Positions 45,666 to 54,448 of a stretch of 64,000 bases of DNA are shown in pieces. The DNA is from Eubacteriales bacterium (GTDB taxonomy: Bacteria; Bacillota; Clostridia; Oscillospirales; UBA644), in contig JAZTWH010000026.1 in NCBI GenBank assembly GCA_045635765.1, positions 17,783-81,782 on the forward strand, read 5' to 3'. The notes below the pieces were generated by a model. That model was not told the origin of the DNA. It was given only the letters and a program-made list of their open reading frames with translations, and made no database searches. The translations under genes and the position numbers were made by a program. Numbering within the stretch: the stretch's first letter is position 1; every line of letters starts with the position of its first letter.

Positions 45666-46031
45666 ATGCGATTGCAAGAATCGGGGGAAATGTACCTGGA
45701 AACCATCCTGCAACTGTCCCGGCAGCAAAGCCGCGTCCGTTCCATCGATGTGGTGGACTCCATGGGCTTCAGTAAGCCCAGCGTCAGCCGTGCCGTGGGA
45801 TTGCTGAAGCAGGGGGGATACCTGAACGTATTGGAAGACGGATCCTTGATCCTGACCGATGCGGGACGGATGGTGGCCGAAAAAACCTTTGAACGCCACA
45901 AGGTCCTCACGGCGTTCTTCGTTGCCCTTGGGGTGGACGAAGAGACGGCCGCCTCCGATGCGTGCAAGATCGAGCACGATGTCAGCGACACGACCTTTGA
46001 GGCTATCAAACGCCATACCGAAGGCCTGTAA
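45666..46031 (+). CDS. DtxR/MntR-family metal-dependent transcriptional regulator
   Basis: 121 aa. MYLETILQL, HTH SKPSVSRAVGLLKQGGYL and metal-site region FERHKVLTAFF..ACKIEHDVS. Confidence 0.8.
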   Translation: MRLQESGEMYLETILQLSRQQSRVRSIDVVDSMGFSKPSVSRAVGLLKQGGYLNVLEDGSLILTDAGRMVAEKTFERHKVLTAFFVALGVDEETAASDACKIEHDVSDTTFEAIKRHTEGL

Positions 46032-46042
46032 TGTATATCATG

Positions 46043-46069
46043 AAAAGCACCTAAATTTTAGGTGCTTTT
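46043..46069 (+). terminator. Intrinsic terminator after the DtxR-family gene
   Basis: aaaagcaccta aattt taggtgctttt. Confidence 0.75.
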
Positions 46070-46074
46070 GCATC

Positions 46075-46103
46075 TTGCATTTTTGTTTTAAATATGATAT
46101 AAT
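46075..46103 (+). promoter_or_regulatory. Sigma-A-type promoter for the SPFH gene
   Basis: TTGCAT-17 bp-TATAAT. Confidence 0.6.
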
Positions 46104-46187
46104 AATACTATACGGGTAATAACGTATGGAGACCCCGATTCCTTTCGGAAAAGGATTTCCGCTAAAAAACTCTGAGGAGAAATAGTT

Positions 46188-47141
46188 ATGGAAGGATTTG
46201 TTCTTTTTCTCATCGTCGCGGCGGTTCTGATGGTTGTGTTCAGTTGCCTTCGCATCGTTCCCCAAGCCCATGAATTCGTAATCGAATTTTTGGGAAAATA
46301 CCGCACCACTTGGTCTGCCGGCTTGCATTTGAAGATTCCTTTTTTGGAGAGAATTTCCAAGAAGGTCACGCTTAAAGAGCAGGTTCTAGACTCTCCGCCC
46401 CAGCCGGTAATCACCAAGGACAACGTAACCATGCAGATCGATACGGTGGTTTTTTACCGTATTTTTGATGCGAAAATGTACACCTACGGCGTGGTCAATC
46501 CCGTCAACGCCCTGTCCAATCTGACGGCAACCACCCTGCGTAACATCATCGGGGAAATGGATCTGGACGGAACGTTGACCTCCCGGGATGTAATTAACGG
46601 GAAACTGACCAGTATTCTCGATGACGCCACCGACCAATGGGGCATCAAGATCACCCGTGTGGAACTGAAAAACATCATTCCCCCTGCCGCAATTCAGGCC
46701 GCCATGGAAAAACAAATGAAAGCGGAACGGGACCGTCGGGAAACTCTGTTGCAGGCGGAAGGTCACAAAGAAGCTTCCATCACCCGTGCGGAAGGTGATA
46801 AGCGCGCTATGGTTCTCGCCGCAGAAGGGGAGAGAGACGCACGTATCGCCCGTGCCGAAGGGGAAGCTCAAGCCATTTACCTTGCCAAAAAAGCAGAAGC
46901 CGACGGTCTTCGTGCCTTGATGGAAGCCGGAATCGACGCCACCGTTTTGGAATTAAAGAAGTATGAGGCGCTGACCAACGTTGCCAACGGCCGTGCCGCG
47001 AAATTGATTATTCCAACCGATGTGGTTGATACTGTCAAAAAGAACGTAATTTTCAGCGAAACCTCCGGCATCGGCAGCCAAACGGAATCGGATTCGGACC
47101 CGCAGCCCGAGAAAAAAAGCGATCCTTGTTGCGATAGGTAA
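46188..47141 (+). CDS. SPFH/band-7 (stomatin-prohibitin) family protein
   Basis: 317 aa. N-terminal TM, SPFH core (RIVPQAHEFVIEFLGKY...) and a coiled-coil EA-rich region. Confidence 0.85.
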   Translation: MEGFVLFLIVAAVLMVVFSCLRIVPQAHEFVIEFLGKYRTTWSAGLHLKIPFLERISKKVTLKEQVLDSPPQPVITKDNVTMQIDTVVFYRIFDAKMYTYGVVNPVNALSNLTATTLRNIIGEMDLDGTLTSRDVINGKLTSILDDATDQWGIKITRVELKNIIPPAAIQAAMEKQMKAERDRRETLLQAEGHKEASITRAEGDKRAMVLAAEGERDARIARAEGEAQAIYLAKKAEADGLRALMEAGIDATVLELKKYEALTNVANGRAAKLIIPTDVVDTVKKNVIFSETSGIGSQTESDSDPQPEKKSDPCCDR

Positions 47142-47152
47142 ATAGTAAGTAA

Positions 47153-47190
47153 GAAAAAACACCTGCAGAGATTCGTTTTCTGCAGGTGTT
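47153..47190. terminator. Shared terminator between the convergent SPFH (+) and DUF1294 (-) genes
   Basis: aaaaaacacctgcaga gattcgttt tctgcaggtgtt forms a 12-bp stem. The A6 flank supplies the U-tract on the minus strand. Confidence 0.75.
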
Positions 47191-47195
47191 TCCAA

Positions 47196-47462
47196 TTATA
47201 GAAATCGGTACGCCAAAAAAAAGAGGATTCCGTTCAGCAGAATACAAAGGGGAATCCCGATGCGGAATTTCAGATGCTTTGTTTTGTGCCGAAACAGCTT
47301 CATGCCCAACAGAGCCCCCGGGCCTCCTCCCAAAACTGCGACCCCCAAAAGGACTCTCTCGGGAATCCGCCATTGCCCCTGAATCGCTCTCCGTTTGTCT
47401 ATTCCAAATAAGAGAAATGCCACGATGTTTGCGGTAATAATCCAGAAAAAAATCAGTCTCAT
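47196..47462 (-). CDS. DUF1294-family small membrane protein
   Basis: 88 aa from MRLIFF. Conserved FGIDKRRA..WRIPE..LLGVAVLGGGPGALLGMKLFRHKTKH. Confidence 0.7.
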   Translation of the reverse strand: MRLIFFWIITANIVAFLLFGIDKRRAIQGQWRIPERVLLGVAVLGGGPGALLGMKLFRHKTKHLKFRIGIPLCILLNGILFFLAYRFL

Positions 47463-47634
47463 AAGTACCCTCCTTCTATAGAATACCATGGTTTCCCCTT
47501 CCTGTCAAGGTGGTCTTTGGAAAAATATCCAAAATAAACCGTTTTGGTTTACAAAAGGTTCAAGGATTGGAAATATTTTTCCCTTGATGGGAGGGGAAAT
47601 CTATGGTAAAATGTTTGAGAAAGGAGAGACCAAT

Positions 47635-48597
47635 ATGAGAAAACTATTGATTTCCTGTCTGTTTGCTCTTGCGCTGGTCTTCATTTCTCCCGGACTTGTC
47701 CAACGGGCTCAGGCTTCGGAAACTGCCAAAGCAGGGACCGTAACCACCGCTCAGACCCGTTTGAACGTCCGTTCTTCCCCCTCCCTGTCGGGGACGATTT
47801 TGACAGGGCTGAACAAGGGCAGCACCGTGGCCCTCGTCTCCAAATCCGGCGACTGGTGGAAGGTGGAATACGCTTCCGGCCGTTACGGGTATTGCAGTGA
47901 CGACTACATCACTCCCCTCGCTACCAAAACCGCTACGGTTTCGGCAGATGGGTACCGATTGAACATTCGTACCGGCCCCTCCACCTCTTATGGGGTTGCA
48001 TCGCAGTTTTCGGACCGGTCTTCCGTAACGGTGCTGTCCTCTGGGGGAGGATGGGCCAAAGTGTTATACGGCGGGACGAAAATCGGCTATGTTTCGGAGG
48101 AATTTCTGATCTATCCCTCCTCCGGCTACTCCGCCGTCAAGCTGTCGGTTCCCCGGTATTCACAAACCGATTCCCGGTGGGCTAACGTCCGTTTGGGCAA
48201 CAGTTGGTATACCATCGGCACCGCCGGATGCACCACCACCGCCATGGCCATGGTGGAAACCACCGTCCGGGGGTATACCGTGACCCCTGCCACCCTTGCC
48301 AAGGAGATGAGTTATTCTTCTTCCGGCAATCTGTATTGGCCGTCCTATTATTCGGCTTATACGGGCAGTGACTATCTGTCCGTGGTCTACCGTGAACTGA
48401 AAGCAGGCCGCCCGGTCATGATCGGCGGCTTTACCCCTTCGGGTGCACAGCATTGGGCCGTAATCACCGGCTTTAACGGTGGTGCCTTGACTGCTTCCAA
48501 TTTTACGATTCATGACCCCGGCTCCGCAAGCCGTACCATCCTGGCAGATTTCCAGGCCAAGTACAGCGTATTTTACAAGATTATGATCCGAGGATAA
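47635..48597 (+). CDS. Secreted protein with 2x SH3b domains and a C-terminal C39-like cysteine peptidase domain
   Basis: Signal peptide MRKLLISCLFALALVFISPGLVQRAQA. Two SH3b-like repeats (LNVRSSPS..., LNIRTGPS...). Peptidase-like YSQTDSRW..GCTTTAMAM..HWAVITG. Confidence 0.65.
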   Translation: MRKLLISCLFALALVFISPGLVQRAQASETAKAGTVTTAQTRLNVRSSPSLSGTILTGLNKGSTVALVSKSGDWWKVEYASGRYGYCSDDYITPLATKTATVSADGYRLNIRTGPSTSYGVASQFSDRSSVTVLSSGGGWAKVLYGGTKIGYVSEEFLIYPSSGYSAVKLSVPRYSQTDSRWANVRLGNSWYTIGTAGCTTTAMAMVETTVRGYTVTPATLAKEMSYSSSGNLYWPSYYSAYTGSDYLSVVYRELKAGRPVMIGGFTPSGAQHWAVITGFNGGALTASNFTIHDPGSASRTILADFQAKYSVFYKIMIRG

Positions 48598-48628
48598 GGA
48601 CCAAATTTCAAAAGAGCAAACAGGAAAA

Positions 48629-48664
48629 GGAGAGACTCGCTTTTGCGGGTCTCTCCGTCTATTA
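48629..48664 (+). terminator. Probable intrinsic terminator after the SH3/peptidase gene
   Basis: ggagagactcgc tttt gcgggtctctcc forms a 12-bp stem. The U-tract is weak. Confidence 0.5.
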
Positions 48665-48685
48665 TAAAATGTAACACTTTTTTCC

Positions 48686-48714
48686 TTGCATTCTGTCGGA
48701 TTTCCTGCTATAAT
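48686..48714 (+). promoter_or_regulatory. Sigma-A-type promoter for dut
   Basis: TTGCAT-17 bp-TATAAT with TGc upstream of the -10. Confidence 0.6.
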
Positions 48715-48743
48715 GGATTTATCAATTGTTGGGAGGGATCGCC

Positions 48744-49181
48744 ATGTCAGTGGATGTGCGTTTTAAGAAATTGGATTCCAAGGCCCGGGTGCCTTCTTAC
48801 GGGTCCGCTTCCGCCGCGGGAGCCGATCTGTACGCTCTGGGGGGAGCCGTACTGGAGCCGGGACAGACTCTGTTGATCCATACCGGGATCGCTTTGGAGA
48901 TTCCCGAGGGGTACGCCGGACTGATTTATGCCCGAAGCGGTCTTGCCACCAAACGGGGCCTTGCACCGGCCAACAAGGTTGGGGTGATCGATGCGGATTA
49001 TCGGGGCGAAATCATGGTTTCTCTGCATAACCATTCTTCCGAACTTCAGACGGTGGAAGAGGGGGAACGGATCGCTCAGCTGGTCGTAACGCCCTTTCTG
49101 CGGGTGGAATTCAACGAGGTTTCGGACCTTTCCGATACCGATCGGGGAGCCGGAGGATTTGGCTCCACCGGGACGAAATGA
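48744..49181 (+). CDS. dut: dUTP diphosphatase
   Basis: 145 aa. GSASAAGADLYA, ARSGLA, IDADYRGE and the C-terminal DRGAGGFGSTG motif. ATG follows GGGAGGGA. Confidence 0.9.
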   Translation: MSVDVRFKKLDSKARVPSYGSASAAGADLYALGGAVLEPGQTLLIHTGIALEIPEGYAGLIYARSGLATKRGLAPANKVGVIDADYRGEIMVSLHNHSSELQTVEEGERIAQLVVTPFLRVEFNEVSDLSDTDRGAGGFGSTGTK

Positions 49182-49207
49182 CCCACAGCGGATTTTGAAA
49201 TTGGACG

Positions 49208-49246
49208 CACCCCAGGGGGAAAGGCCCCTTCGGGGTGTATTTTTTG
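49208..49246 (+). terminator. Intrinsic terminator after dut
   Basis: cacccc...ggggtg outer stem with an inner gggg/cccc stem, followed by TATTTTTT. Confidence 0.75.
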
Positions 49247-49297
49247 TAGTTTTTAGTTTTTTCTCCGGTTCTTCGTGCTTTTTCCAAAGAACGCCCC

Positions 49298-49326
49298 TTG
49301 CTTTTTTCGGGAATTTATGGTATAAT
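49298..49326 (+). promoter_or_regulatory. Sigma-A-type promoter for the CpXC / methyltransferase / alaX / ABC-F run
   Basis: TTGCTT-17 bp-TATAAT with TGg upstream of the -10. Confidence 0.6.
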
Positions 49327-49358
49327 AATTAAATATGACAAGAAAAGGGGTTTGATCC

Positions 49359-49988
49359 ATGCGTTCAGAACGGAGAACTCTGGTTTGCTCTTCCTGCGGG
49401 AAAGAATTTTCTGCCCGGGTGATCACGCAGGTGGACCGCAGCCGCCCGGAGGATCAGGAGGCAAATCTGGCAGACGGAAGCCTGTTCTCCTTCCGTTGCA
49501 CCCATTGCGGTGCCGAAATGCGGTATAATCATTATCTTCTGTGGGTGGACGAGGGGCACACCGTTGCCCTTTGCAATATTACGGGGGACGGAGAGCTGGA
49601 GGCGATGAACGAAGCCCTGTCGGCCTTGTCTGCCTTTGGGAAAATGTCCCACATCCGCCGCCGTTACGTCAATTCCCCTTCCCGGCTCTGTGAAAAGGCC
49701 GAGATCTTCGGGGCGGGGCTGGATGACCGGGCGGTGGAGATCGTCAAATTGTATTTGGCGGAGGAGGTTCGCCGCACCCACCCGAAAAAGATTTTTAACG
49801 ACGTTTTGTTTTTCCCCGACGGCGAAGAATACGGCTTTGTGTTTCTCTGCAACGACGGGGATTTGACGGTGAAGATTCCCAAGCAAACCTTTGCTCAGGC
49901 TGCGGAAAAATTTCAATTTTCCGAGCCGTCTCCCCAAGTGGTAGATGCAAACTGGGCCATTGAGTTTTTGACCGGGGGGAGAACGTAA
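49359..49988 (+). CDS. CpXC-like zinc-ribbon domain protein, function unknown
   Basis: 209 aa with two CxxC pairs (CSSCG, CTHCG) in the N-terminal ~60 aa. Family call from memory. Its stop overlaps the next start (TAATG). Confidence 0.4.
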   Translation: MRSERRTLVCSSCGKEFSARVITQVDRSRPEDQEANLADGSLFSFRCTHCGAEMRYNHYLLWVDEGHTVALCNITGDGELEAMNEALSALSAFGKMSHIRRRYVNSPSRLCEKAEIFGAGLDDRAVEIVKLYLAEEVRRTHPKKIFNDVLFFPDGEEYGFVFLCNDGDLTVKIPKQTFAQAAEKFQFSEPSPQVVDANWAIEFLTGGRT

Positions 49989-50542
49989 TGCTCAATCTTC
50001 GAGAAACCGAGAAGGAATTTCTTTCGCCCCACGTTCTTCCCGGAGGCGTTGCGGTGGATTTTACCATGGGCAACGGGAACGACACCCTTTGGCTGTCCCG
50101 GAAGGTGGGGGAGCAGGGCAGAGTCTATGCCTTCGATATTCAGCCTGAGGCGGTGGCCCGGACGGAAGCCCGCATGAAGGCCGAGGGGGCCTTTGAGAAT
50201 TATACGTTGATCTGCGATTCCCACCATCGGGCGGCGGAATACGTTCAATCGCCCATCTGTGCTGGGATTTTTAATTTGGGCTTTTTACCCGGAGGGGATA
50301 AGTCGGTAACGACCCTGGGGGAAACCACCCTGCCCGCCGTGGAGACGGCTCTGTCTCTGCTGGCCCCCAAGGGGGCCCTTCTCGTGGCGGTCTATCCGGG
50401 ACACGAGGAAGGCCGGCTGGAGGGGGAACTGTTGGAAAAGACCTTTTCCCGGCTGCCCCAAAAGCAGTATAGCGTTTCTTGTCTGCGGATCGTCAACGCT
50501 TCCGACTGTCCCTTCTTTTATTTGATCGAAAAAAATAAGTGA
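49988..50542 (+). CDS. YtqB/MnmM-like class I SAM-dependent (tRNA/rRNA) methyltransferase
   Basis: 184 aa. AVDFTMGNGNDTLWL, VYAFDIQ and IFNLGFLPGGDKSVTT resemble the YtqB family. Confidence 0.65.
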   Translation: MLNLRETEKEFLSPHVLPGGVAVDFTMGNGNDTLWLSRKVGEQGRVYAFDIQPEAVARTEARMKAEGAFENYTLICDSHHRAAEYVQSPICAGIFNLGFLPGGDKSVTTLGETTLPAVETALSLLAPKGALLVAVYPGHEEGRLEGELLEKTFSRLPQKQYSVSCLRIVNASDCPFFYLIEKNK

Positions 50543-50549
50543 GGCTGAA

Positions 50550-51707
50550 ATGACCGAAAGATTATACGATACCGATTCTCATCGGAAAACCTTTACCGCC
50601 ACGGTGCTGGAGTGCCGGGAACGGGAGGGAGGGTATGACGTGGTTTTGGACCGTACCGCCTTTTTCCCCGAGGGGCGAGGGCAGTACGGGGACCGGGGCA
50701 CCCTTCAGGGGATCGCCGTTTCCGATACCCAAATCAGAGACGGAATCATTTTTCATCGGACCGAAAAGCCCCTTTCGGTGGGGTCCTCCGTAGAAGGGGT
50801 CCTGGATTGGGAGGAACGCTTCCGCCGGATGCAAAATCACTCGGGGGAGCATGTGGTATCGGGGCTTATTCACACTCTGTTCGGGTATGAAAACGTGGGA
50901 TTTCATCTGTCTGACGGGGAAATGACCATGGACTACAGCGGAGAATTGTCTGCCCAAGACTTGGACCGGGTGGAGAAGGCCGCCAATCAGGTCGTATGGC
51001 AGAACCTTCCCGTCCGTTGCCGGTATCCCTCCCCGGAAGAATTGAAAACTCTCAGCTACCGCAGTAAAAAGGAACTCTCCGAAGCGATTCGCATCGTCAC
51101 GGTGGAGGGGATCGATACCTGTGCGTGCTGTGCTCCCCACGTAAATCGGACGGGGGAGATCGGTAGCGTTTACCTTGTTTCTTCCATGCGTTGGAAGGGC
51201 GGCACCCGGCTGACTGCCCGTTGCGGTTCCGATGCCTTGAGGGAGTACGCTGCCCTTCGGGAGGATGAAAAGTCCCTTTCGGCCCTGTTTTCGGTTCCCC
51301 GAGGGCAAATTTTCCCCGCGGCAGAAAGGCTTCAGGCGGAGGACGGGGACCTTCGCCGTCAATACGGTGCCCTACAAAAGGAAAACGCCCTTTTGCGGCT
51401 GGTACAGCTTCCCCCTTCGGAAGGAAACCTTTGTTTTCTGTCCCCCTGCTCTGAGGCGGACGTGATGCGGGCCGCCGCCAATGTAGGAGTCCAAAAATGT
51501 ACCGGGGTTTTTGTCTGCCTTTTTGGCAATGACTCCGAGGGCTACCGATACGTTATCTCCTCTTCCGCCGGAGGATTGAGGCAAAAGGCAGGGGAAATCA
51601 ACGGTGCCCTATCGGGGCGAGGCGGCGGAAGCGATGGAATGATCCAGGGTTCTTTTTCTGCCACGGAAGAAAAAATACGGGAATTTTTTAAGGAGTTTCA
51701 GATATGA
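50550..51707 (+). CDS. AlaX-L-type alanyl-tRNA editing protein
   Basis: 385 aa. AlaRS second-additional-domain motifs HSGEH and CCAPH, plus a C-terminal DHHA1-like region. Confidence 0.75.
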   Translation: MTERLYDTDSHRKTFTATVLECREREGGYDVVLDRTAFFPEGRGQYGDRGTLQGIAVSDTQIRDGIIFHRTEKPLSVGSSVEGVLDWEERFRRMQNHSGEHVVSGLIHTLFGYENVGFHLSDGEMTMDYSGELSAQDLDRVEKAANQVVWQNLPVRCRYPSPEELKTLSYRSKKELSEAIRIVTVEGIDTCACCAPHVNRTGEIGSVYLVSSMRWKGGTRLTARCGSDALREYAALREDEKSLSALFSVPRGQIFPAAERLQAEDGDLRRQYGALQKENALLRLVQLPPSEGNLCFLSPCSEADVMRAAANVGVQKCTGVFVCLFGNDSEGYRYVISSSAGGLRQKAGEINGALSGRGGGSDGMIQGSFSATEEKIREFFKEFQI

Positions 51708-53305
51708 TCAACGTCAACGATTTGAGTTTTAATTTCGGAGGCCAGCTGTTATTCAAGCACGTGGATCTCCAATTTACCCCCGGCAACTGTTATGGGGTGA
51801 TCGGTGCAAACGGGGCTGGGAAATCCACCTTTTTGCGGATCTTGTGCGGAGAATTGGAGCCTTCCTCCGGCTCGGTTTCCATTGCTCCCGATACCCGCAT
51901 GTCGGTGTTGAAGCAGGACCACTTTGCCTACGATGCCTATACGGTTCTGGATACGGTTATTATGGGAAACCCCAAGCTGTACGAGGTCATGAAGGAGAAG
52001 GACGCCCTTTACATGAAGGAAGATTTCTCCGACGAGGATGGGGTCCGGGCCTCGGAGCTGGAGGGGATTTTTGCTGAAATGAACGGCTGGGAGGCCGAAT
52101 CCGACGTTTCCCGGCTGATCCAGGGATTGGGACTGAGCGAGGACCTTCTCTACGTTCAGATGGCAAATCTCAATGAAAATGAAAAAATCAAGATCTTGCT
52201 TGCCCAGGCCCTCTTCGGGAACCCCGATATTATTCTGTTGGACGAGCCGACCAACGGTCTTGATATTGATGCCGTTCTGTGGCTGGAGGACTTTTTGAGC
52301 GACTATTTCGGGACGGTTCTGGTGGTATCCCACGACCGCCACTTTTTAAACGACGTATGCACCAATATCGTCGATATTGACTATTCGGGCATCAAAATGT
52401 ACGTAGGGAACTACGAATTTTGGTATGAATCCTCTCAGTTGATGCAACGGCTGATCAAACAGCAGAATAAGAAAAACGAAGAAAAAATCCGGGAATTACA
52501 GGAATTTATCTCCCGCTTCTCCGCCAATAAATCCAAATCCCGGCAGGCTACCTCCCGCCGAAAACTGTTGGATAAGCTGACCGTCGAGGAGATCCCCGCC
52601 TCCTCCCGCAGGTACCCCTTTATCGGCTTCGAGGCCGATCGGGAAGCAGGTAAGGATATTTTGGAGGTGACCGGGCTTTCCAAATCCCTCAACGGCCAGC
52701 CTCTCTTTGAAAACGTAACCTTTACCCTGAACCGCAACGAAAAGGTGGCCCTTCTGGGTAATGAATTGGCCGTCACGGCTCTGTTCCGTATCCTGATGGA
52801 GGAAGAGGCTCCCGACGGGGGAGAATTCAAATGGGGACAATCCATCACCACATCCTATTTCCCCCACGACAATACCAAATATTTTGAAGATTGCAACGAC
52901 AGCATCATTGACTGGATGCGGCAATATTCCAAGGACCAGACCGAGAGCTATTTGCGTGGATTTTTGGGCCGGATGCTCTTTTCCGGGGATGCGGTCTACA
53001 AGCCGGTTCACGTGCTTTCCGGGGGAGAAAAGGTGCGGTGTATGTTCTCCCGGATGATGATGTTCGGCAGTAAGTTCCTCATCCTCGACCAGCCCACCGA
53101 CCATCTTGACCTGGAATCCATCACCGCCGTCAACGACGGGCTAAAGGCCTTCAAGGGCGGCCTCATGTTTACCACCCACGACTACGAAATGATCTCCACC
53201 GTCGCCGATCGGATCATTGAGATCCTGCCCGATCGGGTCCTGGATTACGCCGGCAATTACGAAGATTTCCTGCAATGGAAAAAGGAAAAGGGCTTTGCCC
53301 AGTAA
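51704..53305 (+). CDS. ABC-F family ATPase (YbiT-like) with a degenerate second nucleotide site
   Basis: 533 aa. NBD1 Walker A GANGAGKST and Walker B LLLDEPT. Inter-domain linker RFSANKSKSRQATSR. NBD2 signature LSGGEK, but NBD2 Walker A reads GNELAVTA and Walker B reads LILDQPT. Confidence 0.85.
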   Translation: MINVNDLSFNFGGQLLFKHVDLQFTPGNCYGVIGANGAGKSTFLRILCGELEPSSGSVSIAPDTRMSVLKQDHFAYDAYTVLDTVIMGNPKLYEVMKEKDALYMKEDFSDEDGVRASELEGIFAEMNGWEAESDVSRLIQGLGLSEDLLYVQMANLNENEKIKILLAQALFGNPDIILLDEPTNGLDIDAVLWLEDFLSDYFGTVLVVSHDRHFLNDVCTNIVDIDYSGIKMYVGNYEFWYESSQLMQRLIKQQNKKNEEKIRELQEFISRFSANKSKSRQATSRRKLLDKLTVEEIPASSRRYPFIGFEADREAGKDILEVTGLSKSLNGQPLFENVTFTLNRNEKVALLGNELAVTALFRILMEEEAPDGGEFKWGQSITTSYFPHDNTKYFEDCNDSIIDWMRQYSKDQTESYLRGFLGRMLFSGDAVYKPVHVLSGGEKVRCMFSRMMMFGSKFLILDQPTDHLDLESITAVNDGLKAFKGGLMFTTHDYEMISTVADRIIEILPDRVLDYAGNYEDFLQWKKEKGFAQ

Positions 53306-53332
53306 TGTTATACGGTCAGCCCAAATAGATAC

Positions 53333-53383
53333 GGACGGCCCTTGCAGATGCAAGGGCCGTCCCGCTGTTATTTGATTTTTTTT
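53333..53383 (+). terminator. Intrinsic terminator after the ABC-F gene (T-tract lies inside the araC 3' end)
   Basis: ggacggcccttgc agat gcaagggccgtcc forms a 13-bp stem. The T8 run is ~12 nt downstream. Confidence 0.6.
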
Positions 53384-54183
53384 CGGTATTCCGAGGGAGA
53401 ACACCCCATGCGTTTCCGGAAGAAGACCGTAAAATAGTTTTGGGAGGAGAAATTCATGGCCTCCGCAATCTCCGCTACGGGCATTTGCTTTTCCAGTAGC
53501 TTGACGGCGTGATGGATCCGCAGTTGATTGTAGTAGGTTTTGGGGCTGATTCCGGCGTATTCCTGGAATAATAATTTCAGATAGCTGACGCTGATGTTCT
53601 GATTTTTCGCAAAATCCGATAGCGTCAGATTGTCGCAGACTCCCTCGGTCATGTCGGAAATGATGCGGCGATAGGATTCGGCACTGTCGGAGGTGACCAG
53701 CTCCCGGTCCGCGGATTTTTTGCTCAGGCGAATGAGAAAGGAAGAAAGACGGTCCGCCGCCAACTGGGGGGCGTAAGGGTCGGCCTTGTTTTGAAAGGCG
53801 GTGCTTACGTTTTCGCAGATGGAAAGGTATTCTACCTTCTCTTCGTTCCGCAGCTGGAATACGCCTTTTCTTAGTTCTCCCGGCAAGTTTCCTTCGGTTT
53901 TGAAGGACATAATAAAGCCCTTCGGGGAGCTTCCCGGGGTGGAACGGATGCGGTGAAATTCCATGGGAGCGTGAAGTAGCATACAGTTGTCCTTGAGCAA
54001 ATAGACCTTTTCGTCCTCCACACACTCCACCGTCCCCTGTTCAAAAAAGACGATTTCCCACAGGTCGTGGCTTTCCCCGTTAAAGACAAAGGTGTCGTCC
54101 CAGCGGACCGGGAAGGCCGAGTAAAATCCCCGGATGGAGAATTGCCGGTTCACCACGTTCATTTTAAAAGACAATCTAATCAC
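53368..54183 (-). CDS. AraC-family transcriptional regulator (cupin-like N-terminus + HTH)
   Basis: 271 aa. C-terminal dual HTH (LSDFAKNQNISVSYLKLLFQ..., IAEAMNFSSQNYFTVFFRKRMGCSPSEYR). Divergent from malQ. Confidence 0.85.
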   Translation of the reverse strand: MIRLSFKMNVVNRQFSIRGFYSAFPVRWDDTFVFNGESHDLWEIVFFEQGTVECVEDEKVYLLKDNCMLLHAPMEFHRIRSTPGSSPKGFIMSFKTEGNLPGELRKGVFQLRNEEKVEYLSICENVSTAFQNKADPYAPQLAADRLSSFLIRLSKKSADRELVTSDSAESYRRIISDMTEGVCDNLTLSDFAKNQNISVSYLKLLFQEYAGISPKTYYNQLRIHHAVKLLEKQMPVAEIAEAMNFSSQNYFTVFFRKRMGCSPSEYRKKIK

Positions 54184-54391
54184 CTACTGTTTAAAAACAT
54201 AAATTTTGCTCTTATACCGCGTCAGTTTCTCTTTTTGGCTTATAATGATTATAGCATAAGCGTTCCGATTTGTCAATAGAAACCGATGATTTTTCCGGAA
54301 GGGGGAACGGGAATGAATCCGGATGGTGCGGTCCAAGAGAAAGGATACGGCTTTTTGAGGAGAAGTGTCACGGTTTTTTGCGAATTTCCTC

Positions 54392-54420
54392 TTGCAATCT
54401 CTCTCGGGAATTGGTATAAT
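54392..54420 (+). promoter_or_regulatory. Sigma-A-type promoter for malQ
   Basis: TTGCAA-17 bp-TATAAT with TGg upstream of the -10. Confidence 0.6.
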
Positions 54421-54448
54421 AAAAGCAGTATTTTCTTGAGGTGATCTT

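Noticed and set aside
43631-46009. 792-aa minus-strand ORF, the longest in the track
   Set aside because: It lies antisense to hydA and the DtxR-family gene. Its sequence is low-complexity and Gly/Ala/Val-rich with no motifs. The plus-strand genes have unmistakable hydrogenase and DtxR motifs. This is the typical shadow ORF of GC3-biased coding sequence.
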